NCBI GenBank assembly: GCA_031835245.2
Contig: JAVKOQ020000071.1
Coordinates: forward strand, 1-64,000
Source of the DNA: Balamuthia mandrillaris
Lineage: Eukaryota
Reading direction: 5' to 3'
DNA length: 64,000 nt
Each line of letters starts with the position of its first letter. The first letter of the stretch is position 1. Of the stretch, positions 1-12,183 are shown piece by piece. The notes beneath the pieces were generated by a model that made no database searches, was not told where the DNA came from, and was given only the letters and a program-made list of their open reading frames with translations. The position numbers and the translations under genes are program-made.

Positions 1-279
1 CGATTGATGGACAAAGCGAAGTTGAAGAAGAAGACGCAGCGAACAAAAAAGCTGACAAAGACGAAAAAGCTGACAAACGGTTCAAGTGGAGACACCTTCG
101 GACCAGACTGGCAGTTGGACGCAGAAGAAACACGGATGGCATGGCGGTGGAACAACGAAACCTTCCCGGAGGAGGAGAGAAAGGAAAAGCAAAAGGAGGA
201 GGCTTAACAAAGGCCAGGTCTTATGTTGAGGATAGTCGTTTTCTTTCTTAGCTTTCACAACCAATATGTACAACAATAA
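1..279 (+). CDS. Probable 3' end of a gene entering from the left edge (hypothetical)
   Basis: The frame starting at nt 3 is open to TAA at ~277-279 (IDGQSEVEEEDAANKKADK...). An alternative frame ends at 207. No family recognised. Confidence 0.25.
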
Positions 280-318
280 CGAAAAAGAGGAATGAAGAGA
301 GTGAAAAAAACAAACAAA

Positions 319-1266
319 CTATCTCTTCTTTATCCGAAACTTTAGCAAGAGAGCTCTTGTTGCAGTTGTTCTCAAGTCATGCTCGTGTACTTGCTGCTGC
401 TCTTCTTGGTCCTCATGTTCCAGGTGTTCTGACTCAGGTTCTGGCTCTTGTTCTTGTTCGTTTTCTTCATCAGAAGCAACTGAGAGAGTGAATGAAGTCA
501 TATCCTCATCCATGGATGATGAAAAGGAGAGCGAAGCGGAAGAAGAAACAAGGGATGACGAAGAAGAAGATAGCGAAGAAGAGGAAGAAGAGGATAAAGA
601 GCAACGACAAAGGCGGAAACAAGAGGAGGCAGAGCTTGAGGCGCTGGAAGAACAGTGCACAGGTATTTCCTTGATGATGGGCAGAGAGAAGATGGAAAGA
701 GGAGAAGCAAAGGACGGAAGAGGAGAAGAAGAAGCGGAAGTCGAGCAACTCTCTTCTCCTCCTTCTGTCGGGTTGTGTTGGTCGTCTCTCAACGAAGTTG
801 CTTGCTCCCCCTCACTCTCTTCCTCTTCCTCTTCTTCTTCGTCAAAAACTGCGTCGTCATTTTCGATCTTTGTTGGAAGCATGATAAAGTCTCTCCTTCT
901 TGCTTCTGCTTCTTCTCCTTCTCCTTCCTCTTCATTGTTGTCGTCGTCCTCTTCCATATAACTTGCTTTCTCCTCCTCCTCTTCCTCTTCTTCCTCCTCC
1001 TCCCTCCTCATCCTTTTGTGCCAACAGAGAATGCTTGTTGGCTTCGCAACGGTTAACTTTCTGTTGTCGTTACAATGAATGGTGTTGGGGTGGTGGTGGT
1101 CGTCGTCGCTCGTTCTTGTTCTTCTTCCTCGTCGAAGAAGGCGTGGCAGCAAAGACCATCTCCTGGGGAGGAGCTGCTTGGGTTTCCACGTGCTGGTGGC
1201 CTCGGTGGGCTCAGCTTGTTGTGCTTCTTCTTTCGTTTCTTTGGTTTTATCCGCCATAGTACTCAT
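319..1266 (-). CDS. Hypothetical acidic/Ser-rich low-complexity protein
   Basis: 315-aa ORF with A-rich leader before the ATG and poly-E/poly-S tracts. No recognisable domain. Confidence 0.55.
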   Translation of the reverse strand: MSTMADKTKETKEEAQQAEPTEATSTWKPKQLLPRRWSLLPRLLRRGRRTRTSDDDHHHPNTIHCNDNRKLTVAKPTSILCWHKRMRREEEEEEEEEEEKASYMEEDDDNNEEEGEGEEAEARRRDFIMLPTKIENDDAVFDEEEEEEEESEGEQATSLRDDQHNPTEGGEESCSTSASSSPLPSFASPLSIFSLPIIKEIPVHCSSSASSSASSCFRLCRCSLSSSSSSSLSSSSSSLVSSSASLSFSSSMDEDMTSFTLSVASDEENEQEQEPEPESEHLEHEDQEEQQQVHEHDLRTTATRALLLKFRIKKR

Positions 1267-1679
1267 GATTTCTTTTGTGGTCCAATTTTCTTTTAATTGC
1301 CAATAAAATTAAATGTTAAAAAAAAAGAAACAAAAAATTGTAAAAAACAATTAAAAAAAAACGAAGAACTAAAGCATAAATTAAAAAATTAAAAACGAAC
1401 AAACAACAAAAAATAACAAAGCTTTTGGTCCTTTTTTTTTTATTTATTTGACCGAAAAATAAAAAAAAAAATCGTTCAACCAAAAAAAAAGTGTATGGCC
1501 TCCTTAAAAATATTGTACACCTTAAGAAGCCCAGCACTGTCACTTCCGTCAATAATTTTACAAAATTATCCGATAAACGACAAGTTGTTGCACCTGTGTT
1601 GTAAATATTTGATAATTTTCAATTATCGAGAATAGTCAATCTACAAGAATATTTGTAAAAAAAATTGCGATTTTTTTTA

Positions 1680-2219
1680 TTATTTTCCCATAGTGATCGC
1701 TATGGGAGCAACAGCATCACTTTGAGGCTCGGGAAAGGGAGCGTTGGGAGGAAGAACCTGCCGAACGTTGATGTTGATGCGATAGTTTTGCAAGTATTGT
1801 CGAACAAGCGGAAGCACTTGCTGTGCTTGGCCGTCTTCCGCTTCTTCTTTGGTGTTTTTGTTGTTCTCCTCCTCCCTGTTGGATAGATCCAAGGCTAATA
1901 ACTCGGTTGGCAAAGGCTCGTATTCCAATATTCTTGGTACTCCTGTTTTGTGTGGTGCTTCATTGTAAGAAAGAGAAAAAGGACAACGAACAGAAAGAAT
2001 GAAAGGAAGAAAGGAAGTATCACCATGATATGCAAGACGAGAGCTGCCACCCATAATAACTACATCGCCACTGCGGACAAGGATGGGGATGGGAGGGTGT
2101 TCCTTTTGTTCTCCGCCTAAAAGGAAGATGGCCGGCTTGCCAAAGCTTATAGACACGATGGGTGCATCAAAGTAGAACTCCGCATCGTCGCGATGTCCGC
2201 ACAAAACAGTATCTGTGAT

Positions 2220-2253
<34 letters not shown>

Positions 2254-3412
2254 TGGAGAAGTACAGAACACAATGAGAAGATAGAAGCAAAGAGCTACGA
2301 GTGAAAGCAATCAGAATACGACATTTACCAAGAGCATAAAAGTTAACTATGGCAGCTTCTGCGATGAGCTTCTGACCAACGGCCTCTGCCAACGCTGAAC
2401 ACAGCCCTGCCAATTCAGAAGGAAACTCTCCTTTGTGCTCCTTCACATAACATCGTTTGGTCCAGTCGTAGTGATATCCCAATGTTGCCCATCTCAACTT
2501 TGTCAACAACATTTTTGCATCCGGAGAGGAGGAAGAGGAAGAGGAAGAAGGAGAAGAAGAAGCAGCAGCACGAGAAGGTGATAACGGAGATGACGAAGAT
2601 AGGGATGTTGGTGAAAGAGAAGGTGAAGACGAAGAAGAACGACGAGAAGCATCAAAATAAAGATCAAAGAGGTCATAACAAGGGCCATAGTGTTGGTCCA
2701 AGTTGGAGACATTGGGAGGCTGGGCATAGTGCCGCAGACATCGCTCCGACCAGAGCAGATGGTCCATCGCTGGAAAAGGATTACAGACGAAGAAGAAGCC
2801 GGGTACGTCCTGCAGGGAATATATCTTTCCTCTTACATCTTCTTGTTCTTGTTTTTCATTTGTTTTGTGTAGATGATGAAGGGAAGAAGAAGAAGAAGAA
2901 GAAGAACAAGAAGAAGAAGAAGAACAAGAAGAAGAAGAAGACGAAGAACAAGAACAAGAAGAAGAAGAAGAAGAAGAAGTAGAAGGAAGAGAAGAAGGAA
3001 GATGAAAACGAGCTGAATGAGAGATGATGTTTTGTGAATGAGCAGTCGAATTTTTGTCGACGGCATAGAAATCGACCACAGCTTTGTTATGTTATGTTTG
3101 TGTGTTAAAGAGTGAAAGAAGTGTTTTAAAAACGAGAGAAGAAAACGCACACGAAAGGTCGACTGGCCCAACCACCGACTTGTATCGTTTGAACCGTTTT
3201 TCAGTCTCTCTGAACGCATTGTTGGAGCCACCGTTGTGCTTCGGTTCGACGTTCTTGTTGCTCATCTTTTTCGCTTTCTTGTTCTTCGTGTTCTTTTTGC
3301 GACCTGATCTTTTTTCTTCGGTCTGCTGGTGGTTGCCTTTTTCTTCTGCTCGTTCTTCGTATGGCCCTTCTCCTTCTGCTTTCGGTGGATGCTTTCTTTT
3401 CTTGTCGTTCAT
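1680..3412 (-). CDS. ALKBH1: AlkB homolog 1-like Fe(II)/2OG dioxygenase (multi-exon)
   Basis: Exons encode KLRWATLGYHYDW, AEAAIVNFY, LCGHRDDAE (HxD), SISFG...IFLLGG, VRSGDVVIMGGSSRLAYHGVPRI and RININVRQV, all ALKBH1 motifs. Confidence 0.9.
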
Positions 3413-3511
3413 TTCTTTTCTTCTTCTTTTTTTTTTTTTGTACTCAAATTCTATCGTTTGAGCTCACGCTGTGTACTTTTTGTGCAGCAATCGTTGTTAC
3501 CAATGCTTTTT

Positions 3512-3644
3512 TGTGCACAAATGGTTCAGCAATTGTTCTCCCTGAATGAGATCGAGTTCATCTTGTGCACTAATGGTTAACATTTTGCGCAGCTTTGGTT
3601 GTCATTATTACTTTCCGTGTACAAATGGTTCAGCATTTGTTCTC
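3512..3644. repeat. Three degenerate ~27-29-nt direct repeats (TGTGCACAAATGGTTCAGCAWTTGTTCTC) with ~52-54-nt period
   Basis: Copies start at ~3512, ~3564 and ~3618 and are separated by dissimilar spacers. They lie just upstream of the ALKBH1 start. Confidence 0.7.
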
Positions 3645-3763
3645 AAGGCTTATAATTTTTAATAAATAAATCGAAACTAAAACAAAAAACAAAAAAAAAG
3701 ACAAAAAACAAAAACAAGAACATCATTCTCGCTCGTTTTCACCTTACCCGTTTGAACTCAGTC

Positions 3764-5432
3764 TTACTCTTCCTTTCCTTTCTTTGACGGCCGTCCTCTT
3801 CGTTTTATTTCTTTTGTTCCTGCTCCTGCTCCTTCTTCCTCTGCTTCGTTCTCTTCCGCTTTTAGGTCTTTCTTCTTCCTTTCTTTCTTCTTCCTCACAT
3901 CGACGCCCAAGTTGAAAAACTCTTTGAGCTCATGCAGAAGCTCCACGTTGGCAAAGGTGTTGTAGTGCTGAGTGTAGGTGGAGATGAACTTGGCCAAATC
4001 GTTGTTCAGGTCGAGCCCGCAGAGATATTGATAGAGTCTGTATTGCAGCTCATCTTTGAGCTCTATGAAGTCCAAGAGATGATCGCCGACGCTGCTGCGA
4101 ATGGTTTCGATGTAAAAGCGTTCGCCATTGGCCGAGCAAGTAACGCTCAACGTGCCCAATTCTTTATTCTGTTTGTATTTGTCAGGTTTGAGCAAAACAA
4201 AACCGAAAAAGTTGAAGCAGAAAACCAAATATATAACGAACCGACTTATCAACGGCGGTGATGGTAGCAAGAAAGGGAATTTGCAACGCGGCAAGCTTTT
4301 CCTCTCCATGAAGTACGTCTGTTAGGCCAATCGACTCTTCCTCCTCCTCTTCCTCCTCTTCATCTGCAGCTTCTTCGTCTTCCTCATCGTCGTCAGGTCG
4401 CCATTGGATCTTTATGCTGTTGTTTATGAAATAACAAAACAAAAGGCGAGTGAGTAAGATGGATGCAAAAGAAATGGAAGAAAGATTTCAAGTCAGAAGA
4501 ACGAAAGAAACATACCGGTGCTTTGGTGTGTTCTTCGTCATGATAGCAAGCCCGTTCTTGATTTCCAACTTTTGTAGTTTGCAAAAAGAAAGCAAAGAGC
4601 ATAAACAAAAAGAAAGACAGAGAAGAGAGAAAAGTGCAGCCGGACCTTGAAACCATGGGACTGAAGATAGGCATTATGATAGGAGGTAATAGCTTGGCAG
4701 TCATCGATCTCATTCTGGACTAAAAGGGAGAGCCGCTCGTGCAGCGCATCCCACTCCTCAGGCACTTCAGTATTCTCTTCCACCTTTCCATCTTCGCTCG
4801 CTTTCACTTGAATAAAAGATCGTTGAGTGCCACCCACTCGCTTGAATGTGTTGAGTCGTGAAGAAGAAGAAGAAGAAGAAGAAGAAGAAGAAGAAGAAGA
4901 AGAAGAATCAGAAGAAGAGATTGAGCTAGAAGCCCGAGTGCTTCCTCCGTTGTTGTTTGGTGTTGCCAGCCTTCTTGTGGGAATGTGGTTGTGACGTGAA
5001 GCCACTGCAGGGCAAAAGAAAGGAAAAAAGGAAGAAAGGGAACGAGATAAGTTCTTCAAGAAAGAGCAGAGAGCAGAGAGCAGAGAAGCGAAAAGGAGAA
5101 AGAGGGAGAGAGAAAAGGAGAGAAAGACACGCACATGGAGTGGAACGTGTGGACAAGTTCCTCGACACAAAGAGGGTGGTCGCTCGCGTTCTAAAGTTGG
5201 CCAGCCGTTGGTGGTTGGCCACATAACCGCCCCTCAACGGGTACTCCATCGAAGAAGAAGAAGAAGAAGCAGTCGAATAAGCGGAGGAGCTTGCTGAGGC
5301 ATGGTCCGCCGTTGGTGCAGTAGCAGCCGCAGCAGTAGTGGTAGCAGTGGCAGTGGCAGTGGCAGTGGCAGCCACAGGAAGAGCGGAAGGGCGGGCGGAA
5401 GAGGTCCTCCCGGTCCGCAATTGGGACATCAT
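3764..5432 (-). CDS. Mitochondrial acidic matrix glycoprotein (MAM33/C1QBP family), multi-exon
   Basis: C-terminal ELKDELQYRLYQYLCGLDLNNDLAKFISTYTQHYNTFANVELLHELKEFF fits the MAM33 terminal helices. Also an acidic loop and an R/S/A-rich presequence-like N-terminus. Start codon uncertain. Confidence 0.7.
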
Positions 5433-6155
5433 CTTGGAAAAGTTATTGCGAGTGCTGTAACTATTTGGCTTCAACATTTTTCCTTTCTGTTGTTTTTGTT
5501 TTTTTGCGGGTATGGTCAACAAACAAAGATGAAAAACCTGTTTTTTTTTTAAAAAAAAACCAAACAAGAGCAGATACATACGAATCGGATCGTCGTCAGG
5601 TCGGTGCGTGGCGCGGTGTTATTACTTTCACCGGAGGTTTTTGAAGAAAAAAAATAAATATAGGAAATAAAAAAGAAAATAAAAATAAAAAAATACAAGT
5701 GTCAAAAAAAAAAAAGAGAGAGAGAGAGAGAGGAAAATAAAACCTTTCTTTCTTTCTTTCCAACACACTACAGAAAACAAGAAGAAGAAGAAAAAGGAAT
5801 GTGCGAGAAAGAGAGAGGGGGAGGTGCTTTCTTTCTTTTTCTCTCCCCCTCCGCTACGCCTTAATAATTTTTTTTTTTTATCGCTGGTGCACAGCAATCA
5901 GCGGGAAATTCCAGGTATCTTGATCGCGAACGGTGATGACATCAGCGATTTTTGATTTGTGACGTAAGCTTTGCCCAATGAAAAATCAAAGGCGAATCTA
6001 GACGGTGAGAGAGGACACGAGATTCGTTACACGAGCGGAGAAGAGAGTGTAAAGAACAGAACCTGGTTTCCGTTGTTCTCTCTCTCTCTCTCTCTTTCCT
6101 TCTCTTTCCTTTGAGACAAAAAAAATAGGATTTGTTGTTTTTGTTGTTCCCCTTT

Positions 6156-7639
6156 CTAGATAATACATCTGCCCCCTTTCTTTTTCTTACTGGAATGCAA
6201 GTTCAACTTTTTGTCTTTCAGTTTTATCGTCTCTCCGCTCTTCTCCTCCACTATATCACAAGTTAACCTCAGAAATGCCTCCTCCACGTTTGCTCCTGTT
6301 TTCGCGGATACCTCAAAAAATAGAGCGCTGTTCTCCTCTGCCATTGCTTGGCCTGCTTCGGCGTCCACCGCCTTGCATAAAATATAGAAATAAGAAAGAA
6401 AAAGAGAAAATGCAGAGAAAGAGAAAGAGAAAGAGAAAGAGAAAGAGAAAGAGAAAGAGAAACCAACAAAAAAAAAAAGTAAAAGAAGCCATACTCTGTC
6501 TTCAAGGTCGATTTTGTTTCCCATCACCGCCAAACAAACATTCTCCTGTGCATATCTCTTCATCTCAGAGAACCAAAGTCCCTCCGCACTCTTCAACGAG
6601 CGCTCATCAGCAACATCGTATACGATGATAATGCCGTCTGAACCTCTGTAGAACGAGCTCGTTATTGTGCCAAAACGTTCTTGTCCCGCTGTATCTATCA
6701 ACTACAGTGTATGTTGATGTTATAAAAGGAAAGAGAAGGGAACAGAGAAGCAGAGAGAAGAGACAAGAAAAATCAGAGAAGAGTATGGGAAGAAAGGGAG
6801 AGAGAAAAAGAGAGAGAAAGAGATAAAGAACATGAGAAGAGAGAAAGAAAGAGAGAAAGAGAAGAAGGCAACGCATAAGAGAGAAAGAGACAGAAAGCAG
6901 GCAACGAGGGAGAGTAAACGTGAAAGCAAGAAACGAGTAAGAAGAAAATCGGAAATGAGAAAACGGGAAAGGAAGGCACAAAGAGGAAAAAACAAAGCAA
7001 AAGAAAGAAAGGACAACAATGAAGAGAGACTCAGCGGATGAACCTTTATGGTCACTTGGTACTTGCCGAGTTGCACCTGCTTCACTTTGAACTCCTCTCC
7101 AATGGTACTCGTTACGTCTTGTCCCGGAAATGTGTTGTCCTTTTAACCAGAATTTAGAGAGAAGAGAAGAGAAGAGAAGAGAAGAGAAGAGAAGAGAAGA
7201 GAAGAGAAGAGAAGAGAAGAGAAGAGAAGAGAAGAGAAGAGAAGAGAAGAGAAGAGAAGAGAAGAGAAGAGAAGAGAAGAGAAGAGAAGAGAAGAGAAGA
7301 GAAGAGAAGAGAAGAGAAAAGAAGAGAAGAGAACGATGAAGAGAACAACGAAGAGTAGAGAACGACGAAGAGAACGACGAAGAGAACTACGAAGAGTAGA
7401 GAAGAGAACGATGAAGAGAAGAGAACGACGAAGAGAAAAGAAAGTTAGGTACCACAAAACGGGACATGAGAGAAGATTTGCCGACGCCAACATTTCCAAC
7501 CAACAACAACTTGATTTCATAGTCGCTTTGTTGGCTGTTTGTTATGATTGTAACCCACACACAAATCAATCCCCCCAAAAAAAAAAAAAACAAGAAAAAA
7601 AAAAGAGAAAAACAAGAAGAAAACTCACCTTTCTGTCAT
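6156..7639 (-). CDS. Rab-family small GTPase (multi-exon)
   Basis: KLLLVGNVGVGKS (G1), STIGEEF (G2), DTAGQERFGTITSSFYRG (G3), GNKID (G4), EVSAKTG (G5), polybasic tail ending RCII. The first mini-exon is ATGACAGAAAG|GTGAG at 7639. Confidence 0.9.
7158..7331. repeat. (AGAAG)n pentanucleotide microsatellite in a Rab intron
   Basis: Near-perfect tandem gaaga units. Confidence 0.95.
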
Positions 7640-8179
7640 CTTCGCAAGAGGAAAGAAAAATAAATAATAAAAAAACGCTTTTCGGGGGGGGAGTAACGTC
7701 TCCTGTCTCTCTTCCTTTTTGTCTTTGCTGCGCCTTTTTTTCGCTGCACCTTTTTTTTTTTTGGTTTGTTTCAGATGGCTTTCTGCCGACGCAAAAAAAA
7801 AATTCAAACTCACGGGTCGTCACGAGGAAGATGGTAATGATACGAAATTACCCGAAGTTTCCGTATCCAAGGATACCGACCGATCCGATCACATGTTAAT
7901 TAAATGAATATGATTTCCATTGGATGATGAATTTCGGAGTTTCGGGTTAGGCAACCAATGGCAATCACGTTCAAATCTACTTTTTACCAAATTTACGTCG
8001 GTTTTCCTCCGCGTAAAATTCAACTCCAAAAGAAAGAAATTGGAAGAAAACATAACGGAGAAAACTTTAAAAGCATCATCTCTGCACGAACGCCAACAAA
8101 AAGGTTGTTCTCTCTCCTTTTTTTTCTCTCTCTCTTTTTTTTTTGGCTGACTTAACGTTTCGAAACAAAAAAAAAAAAG

Positions 8180-10978
8180 ATGACAGAGCAACAACAGGAA
8201 GAAGGGTTCGCTCTGATCGCCAACGAGAACGAAAACAGTGCAGCTGGTGAGACGGCGACTGCTGCTGCCGCCTCCAGTGAGGCTTGGCCCTCTCTCGTGG
8301 ACGCCTACCTGAACGTCAACACTCCCACGCCAAACCCTCAGGAAGAAGACGAAGAAGCAGAAAAAGAAGGTCAAGAAAAAGTGGAAGGAGAGGAAGAACA
8401 GGAAGAAGAGGAAGAAGACAAAGAGGAGCAAAACAAACCAACCAACGAAGAGGAAGCGCAGGCGAAGAAAGAAGAGGAAGAGCAAAAAATCTTGGAGGCG
8501 TCTTTCCACAAAGTGGAGGAGGAACACACCCACAAGAAAGAAGAAGACAAACAAGGAGAAGCGGGACCAGCTCAACCTGAAAAGCTGCCCGAAGAACATC
8601 TTCCTGTTGAAGTACGTTTTTTTTCTCTTTCTTCGTTTTTTTTTTTCATTTTTCGTTTTTTTTTTGTTATTTATTTATTTAACTTTCTTTCTTATATTTT
8701 CTTTTCTAACTTCTCACCCATTAAAAAAAAACAGCCACAAAAACAAGAAGCAACCCAACAAGACGAGAATGAGGACAAAGAGGAAGAAGGAAACGAAGGA
8801 GCGGAGGCAGGGACAAAGAAACCGGAGAAAGAAGAAGGAGGAGAGGAGGTAATGTTCAACTTGGAGTATGAGGAAGAGAGGAAGAGATTGCAGAGAGAAC
8901 AAGCGGCGAAGGAGAGAGAGGAAGACGAAAGACGCGAAAACGAGCTGAAAGTAAAAGTGGCCCAAATGGAAAAAGAGTTGGGCGAGGCGAAAGCACAATT
9001 GAAAGAGTTGAAGAAGAAGAGAAAGAAGGAGGGCGAGAAAGAAGAGAAGAAAGACAAGAAAGATAAAAAAGATAAGGAGAAGAAGGAGAAGAAGAAAGAT
9101 AAACATGACTCAGAAGCAGAGAAGGAAAAGGAGAAGAAAAAGAAGAAGGAAAAAGAGAAGGAAAAAGAAAAAGAGAAGGAGAAAGAGGATGACAAGAAAG
9201 CCAAAGATGAGAAGAAAAAGAAAGATAAAGAAGAGAAAAAGGAGAAAAAGAAAGATAAACATGATTCTGAAGATGAGAAAGAAAAGAAAAAGAAGGATAA
9301 AAAGAAAAAGAAGAAAGAAGATGAATCGGAGGAAGACTCAGATAAAAAGAAGAAAAAGGACAAGAAAGATAAGAAAAAGAAGAAGAAAGATAAGAAGAAG
9401 AAGCACAGGGATCGTCACCATCACCACGGAAAGAAGAGAAGAGTCTACTTTGATGAAGACAGCGATGAAGACTACTCCGAAGACGAAGATGCTTACTTCT
9501 ACCAGCCGTTTGGACACGACGAGATTCATTTGGTCCAGGGAGGAGCAGCAGCGACTTCTGCGGAAGGAGCAATGCAAGGAAAAATCAAACGCACCATTCT
9601 CGTCGATGCGAATACTGTCATGATTCTCTTTAGCAATCCTGAAGTTAGCATTGACAACAAGGAAGAAGAAGCGGGAGAGAAAGTAAAGGATGGGGCCAAC
9701 GAAACCGAAAAGAAGGAAAAAGGCGCAGCAAGCAAAGAGGAAGAAGTTGGAGTTCATTTACAACCTGGAGGGTTGAATGAATCAGATTTGGTGTACCACG
9801 ACGGAGGAAGTGTGACGGAGGAGGTTGAGAAGGCATCTTCAGCGGATAAAAAAGTTTTCGGACCGGCAAAATCGAAAGGACGAATGCGACCAAATAGAAG
9901 AGTTCCAGTGAGAAGAGTACGTCGACCAAGAAGAAGGTATTATTATTACTCGGATGATGACAGTGACGACAGTTCTTCAGGATCATCTTCTTCTTCGGAT
10001 TCTTCTTCCTCTTCTTCTGATTCGTCTTCGTCCGACTCATCTTCCTCTTCTTCGTCTTCATCCTCTTCTTCTTCGTCATCTTCATCTTCATCTTCTGATT
10101 CGTCATCTTCTGGTTCCGACAAAAAAAAGAAAGACAAAAAGAAAGACAAGAAGAAGAAAGAAAAGAAGAGCTCTAGCAACTCAGATGATGATACTCAAGA
10201 ACCAAACGAAGAAGAAGAAGCAGAAAAACTTGACGACGACGCTAAAGAAAAGAAGAAAGAGAAAAATAAGAAGAAAAAAGACGACTCGGATTCCGAGAAA
10301 GAAGGAAAGTTTAAAGAGAAGATAAAAGGGAGAGACGAGGAAGGAGGCAAACAAAAAGGTAAGCACGAAAGAAAATACGAGTTCAAGAGAAAGCATAAAT
10401 CGGAGAAGAAGAACAAAACGCACGAAAAGACTTCTGAATATGAATATGAGTACGAGAAGAGCAAAGGAAAGAAGAAAAAAGAACATGAACGAAAGGATAA
10501 ACACAGAAACAAAGAGGAAGCCAAGACAGAATATGATGGAGGAGAAAATACAACACAAGAACACGAAGAACAAGAAGAGGTGAAACCGAACATTGAGTTT
10601 GACGGAGCAGTAAAAGTGGAGGAAATAATGAATGAAGAAAAAAATGAAGAAAAAGAGGAAAAAGAAGAGAAACACAATGTCGAATTTGATGGAGGAGAGA
10701 AACAAGAAGACAAAAAGGAGAATGAACCCAAAGAAGAAGAAATTGAAGTTGAAGAAGTTGAAGCGAAAGACGATAAGCAGGACGAGAAACAACAGGAGAC
10801 AGTTGAGTTTGACGGAGGAGGACGAGTTGAAGTCGAACCCGTCAACGAAGAAAAAGCGGAGCAACCACCAAAGACAGCAAGCAACACCAACAGCCCGATC
10901 AACAGCGGCCGCATGTTCAACTACCACCTCGTGAAAACCTATTACGACAAGGCCGCAAACAAAGACAACAGAGAGTAA
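8180..10978 (+). CDS. Large Lys/Glu/Asp/Ser-rich low-complexity protein with C-terminal (V/I)E(F/Y)DGG motifs
   Basis: Long ORF with one probable intron (~8612-8734, GTACGT...CAG). Contains KKDKKDK tracts and poly-S. Confidence 0.7.
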   Translation: MTEQQQEEGFALIANENENSAAGETATAAAASSEAWPSLVDAYLNVNTPTPNPQEEDEEAEKEGQEKVEGEEEQEEEEEDKEEQNKPTNEEEAQAKKEEEEQKILEASFHKVEEEHTHKKEEDKQGEAGPAQPEKLPEEHLPVEVRFFSLSSFFFFIFRFFFVIYLFNFLSYIFFSNFSPIKKKQPQKQEATQQDENEDKEEEGNEGAEAGTKKPEKEEGGEEVMFNLEYEEERKRLQREQAAKEREEDERRENELKVKVAQMEKELGEAKAQLKELKKKRKKEGEKEEKKDKKDKKDKEKKEKKKDKHDSEAEKEKEKKKKKEKEKEKEKEKEKEDDKKAKDEKKKKDKEEKKEKKKDKHDSEDEKEKKKKDKKKKKKEDESEEDSDKKKKKDKKDKKKKKKDKKKKHRDRHHHHGKKRRVYFDEDSDEDYSEDEDAYFYQPFGHDEIHLVQGGAAATSAEGAMQGKIKRTILVDANTVMILFSNPEVSIDNKEEEAGEKVKDGANETEKKEKGAASKEEEVGVHLQPGGLNESDLVYHDGGSVTEEVEKASSADKKVFGPAKSKGRMRPNRRVPVRRVRRPRRRYYYYSDDDSDDSSSGSSSSSDSSSSSSDSSSSDSSSSSSSSSSSSSSSSSSSSDSSSSGSDKKKKDKKKDKKKKEKKSSSNSDDDTQEPNEEEEAEKLDDDAKEKKKEKNKKKKDDSDSEKEGKFKEKIKGRDEEGGKQKGKHERKYEFKRKHKSEKKNKTHEKTSEYEYEYEKSKGKKKKEHERKDKHRNKEEAKTEYDGGENTTQEHEEQEEVKPNIEFDGAVKVEEIMNEEKNEEKEEKEEKHNVEFDGGEKQEDKKENEPKEEEIEVEEVEAKDDKQDEKQQETVEFDGGGRVEVEPVNEEKAEQPPKTASNTNSPINSGRMFNYHLVKTYYDKAANKDNRE

Positions 10979-11052
10979 CGCTTTAAAAAAACACAATAGT
11001 GCAATTGTTCTTTTCATTTTTCATAAACATTTTTTTTCTCTTTTCATTCTTT

Positions 11053-12146
11053 TTACTCCCACCCCACAACATCCGACTCGAGAAAAACGACCAAACCGAT
11101 GGATAACGGATAGAAGAGCGCGACCGGGATCACCCAAATCACTCGAATGGTTCGGTTGAAGAGCGCGATCGCACCCACGCCCACCAGCGTCACTGCGATG
11201 CACACTATCTCTGCCGAAAAGTTCCAGACTAAACCGCGATAGGTGATCATTAACAAGAAAACGCCCAATGCAAGCGTGTTGTTCAGCACAACAGCTCCAT
11301 ACAAGGCCGAATGCCTATTTTTTACATTTGGGGAAAGAGAGAGAAGCAAATTAGCTAAAGAAGCAGAAGAAGACGCAGAAGAAACAAAGAAAGGAATGAA
11401 AACGCACATCATAGAAATGGTTTTCATAGTTTTACGCTTCGAGAAGAGAACACTGGCAAAGATCTCAGCAGCGTTACCAGCCACAGGAGCACATACGAAA
11501 GCAATGTAAAAGGCGTTGAGGTTTACTTTTTTGGCCAGAACGGAAATGGATTCCACCAACGGATCAGCAAAGCCCAATACAAGGCCTGCTCCTATAAGCA
11601 ACAGCAGTACTCCCGTTCCTCCAATCTCTGTTTTGTATTTTTTTTTGGGGGGGGTGGGGTGGTTAGAGAGAGAGAGAGAGAGAGAGCGAAAAAGAGAGAA
11701 GAGCAAACAAAATAACGTACTCCATTTGGAATCTGAAAGAGAGATAAACTTTTGATAGGCCACTTGGTGCAGCTTGGAGCGCCTCTTCTCCGGCTTTTGA
11801 TGATAGACCATAGAGGCATCATTGCTGATATCCAGGCTTACGTCAACTACCATTTGATGAGGTTCAGGAAACATCGCATCCAAAGGAGGCGTAGATTTGC
11901 GAATCGACTCTATATCATCCTTTGAATGTTCATCATTCTTCGTTTGTTGCTGTTCTTCTTCTTCATCATCATCGTCCTCGTAGTCCTCATCTTCATCTTC
12001 TTCTTCCTTTGGTTGGTTGACCAAACTTCCTCTGCGTCGAGCAGATAAAGTCCATTCAGCATAACTGTTGTTCAATCGCTCCTCGTCGTACTCGTCATCT
12101 TCGTCTGAATAATAAATATAGCCCTCATCGTTGTTGTTGTATTCTA

Positions 12147-12183
<37 letters not shown>

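Noticed and set aside
3512..3644. CRISPR array interpretation of the spaced repeats (also considered for 55865-55958)
   Set aside because: Eukaryotic context, only three degenerate units, irregular spacing and no cas genes.
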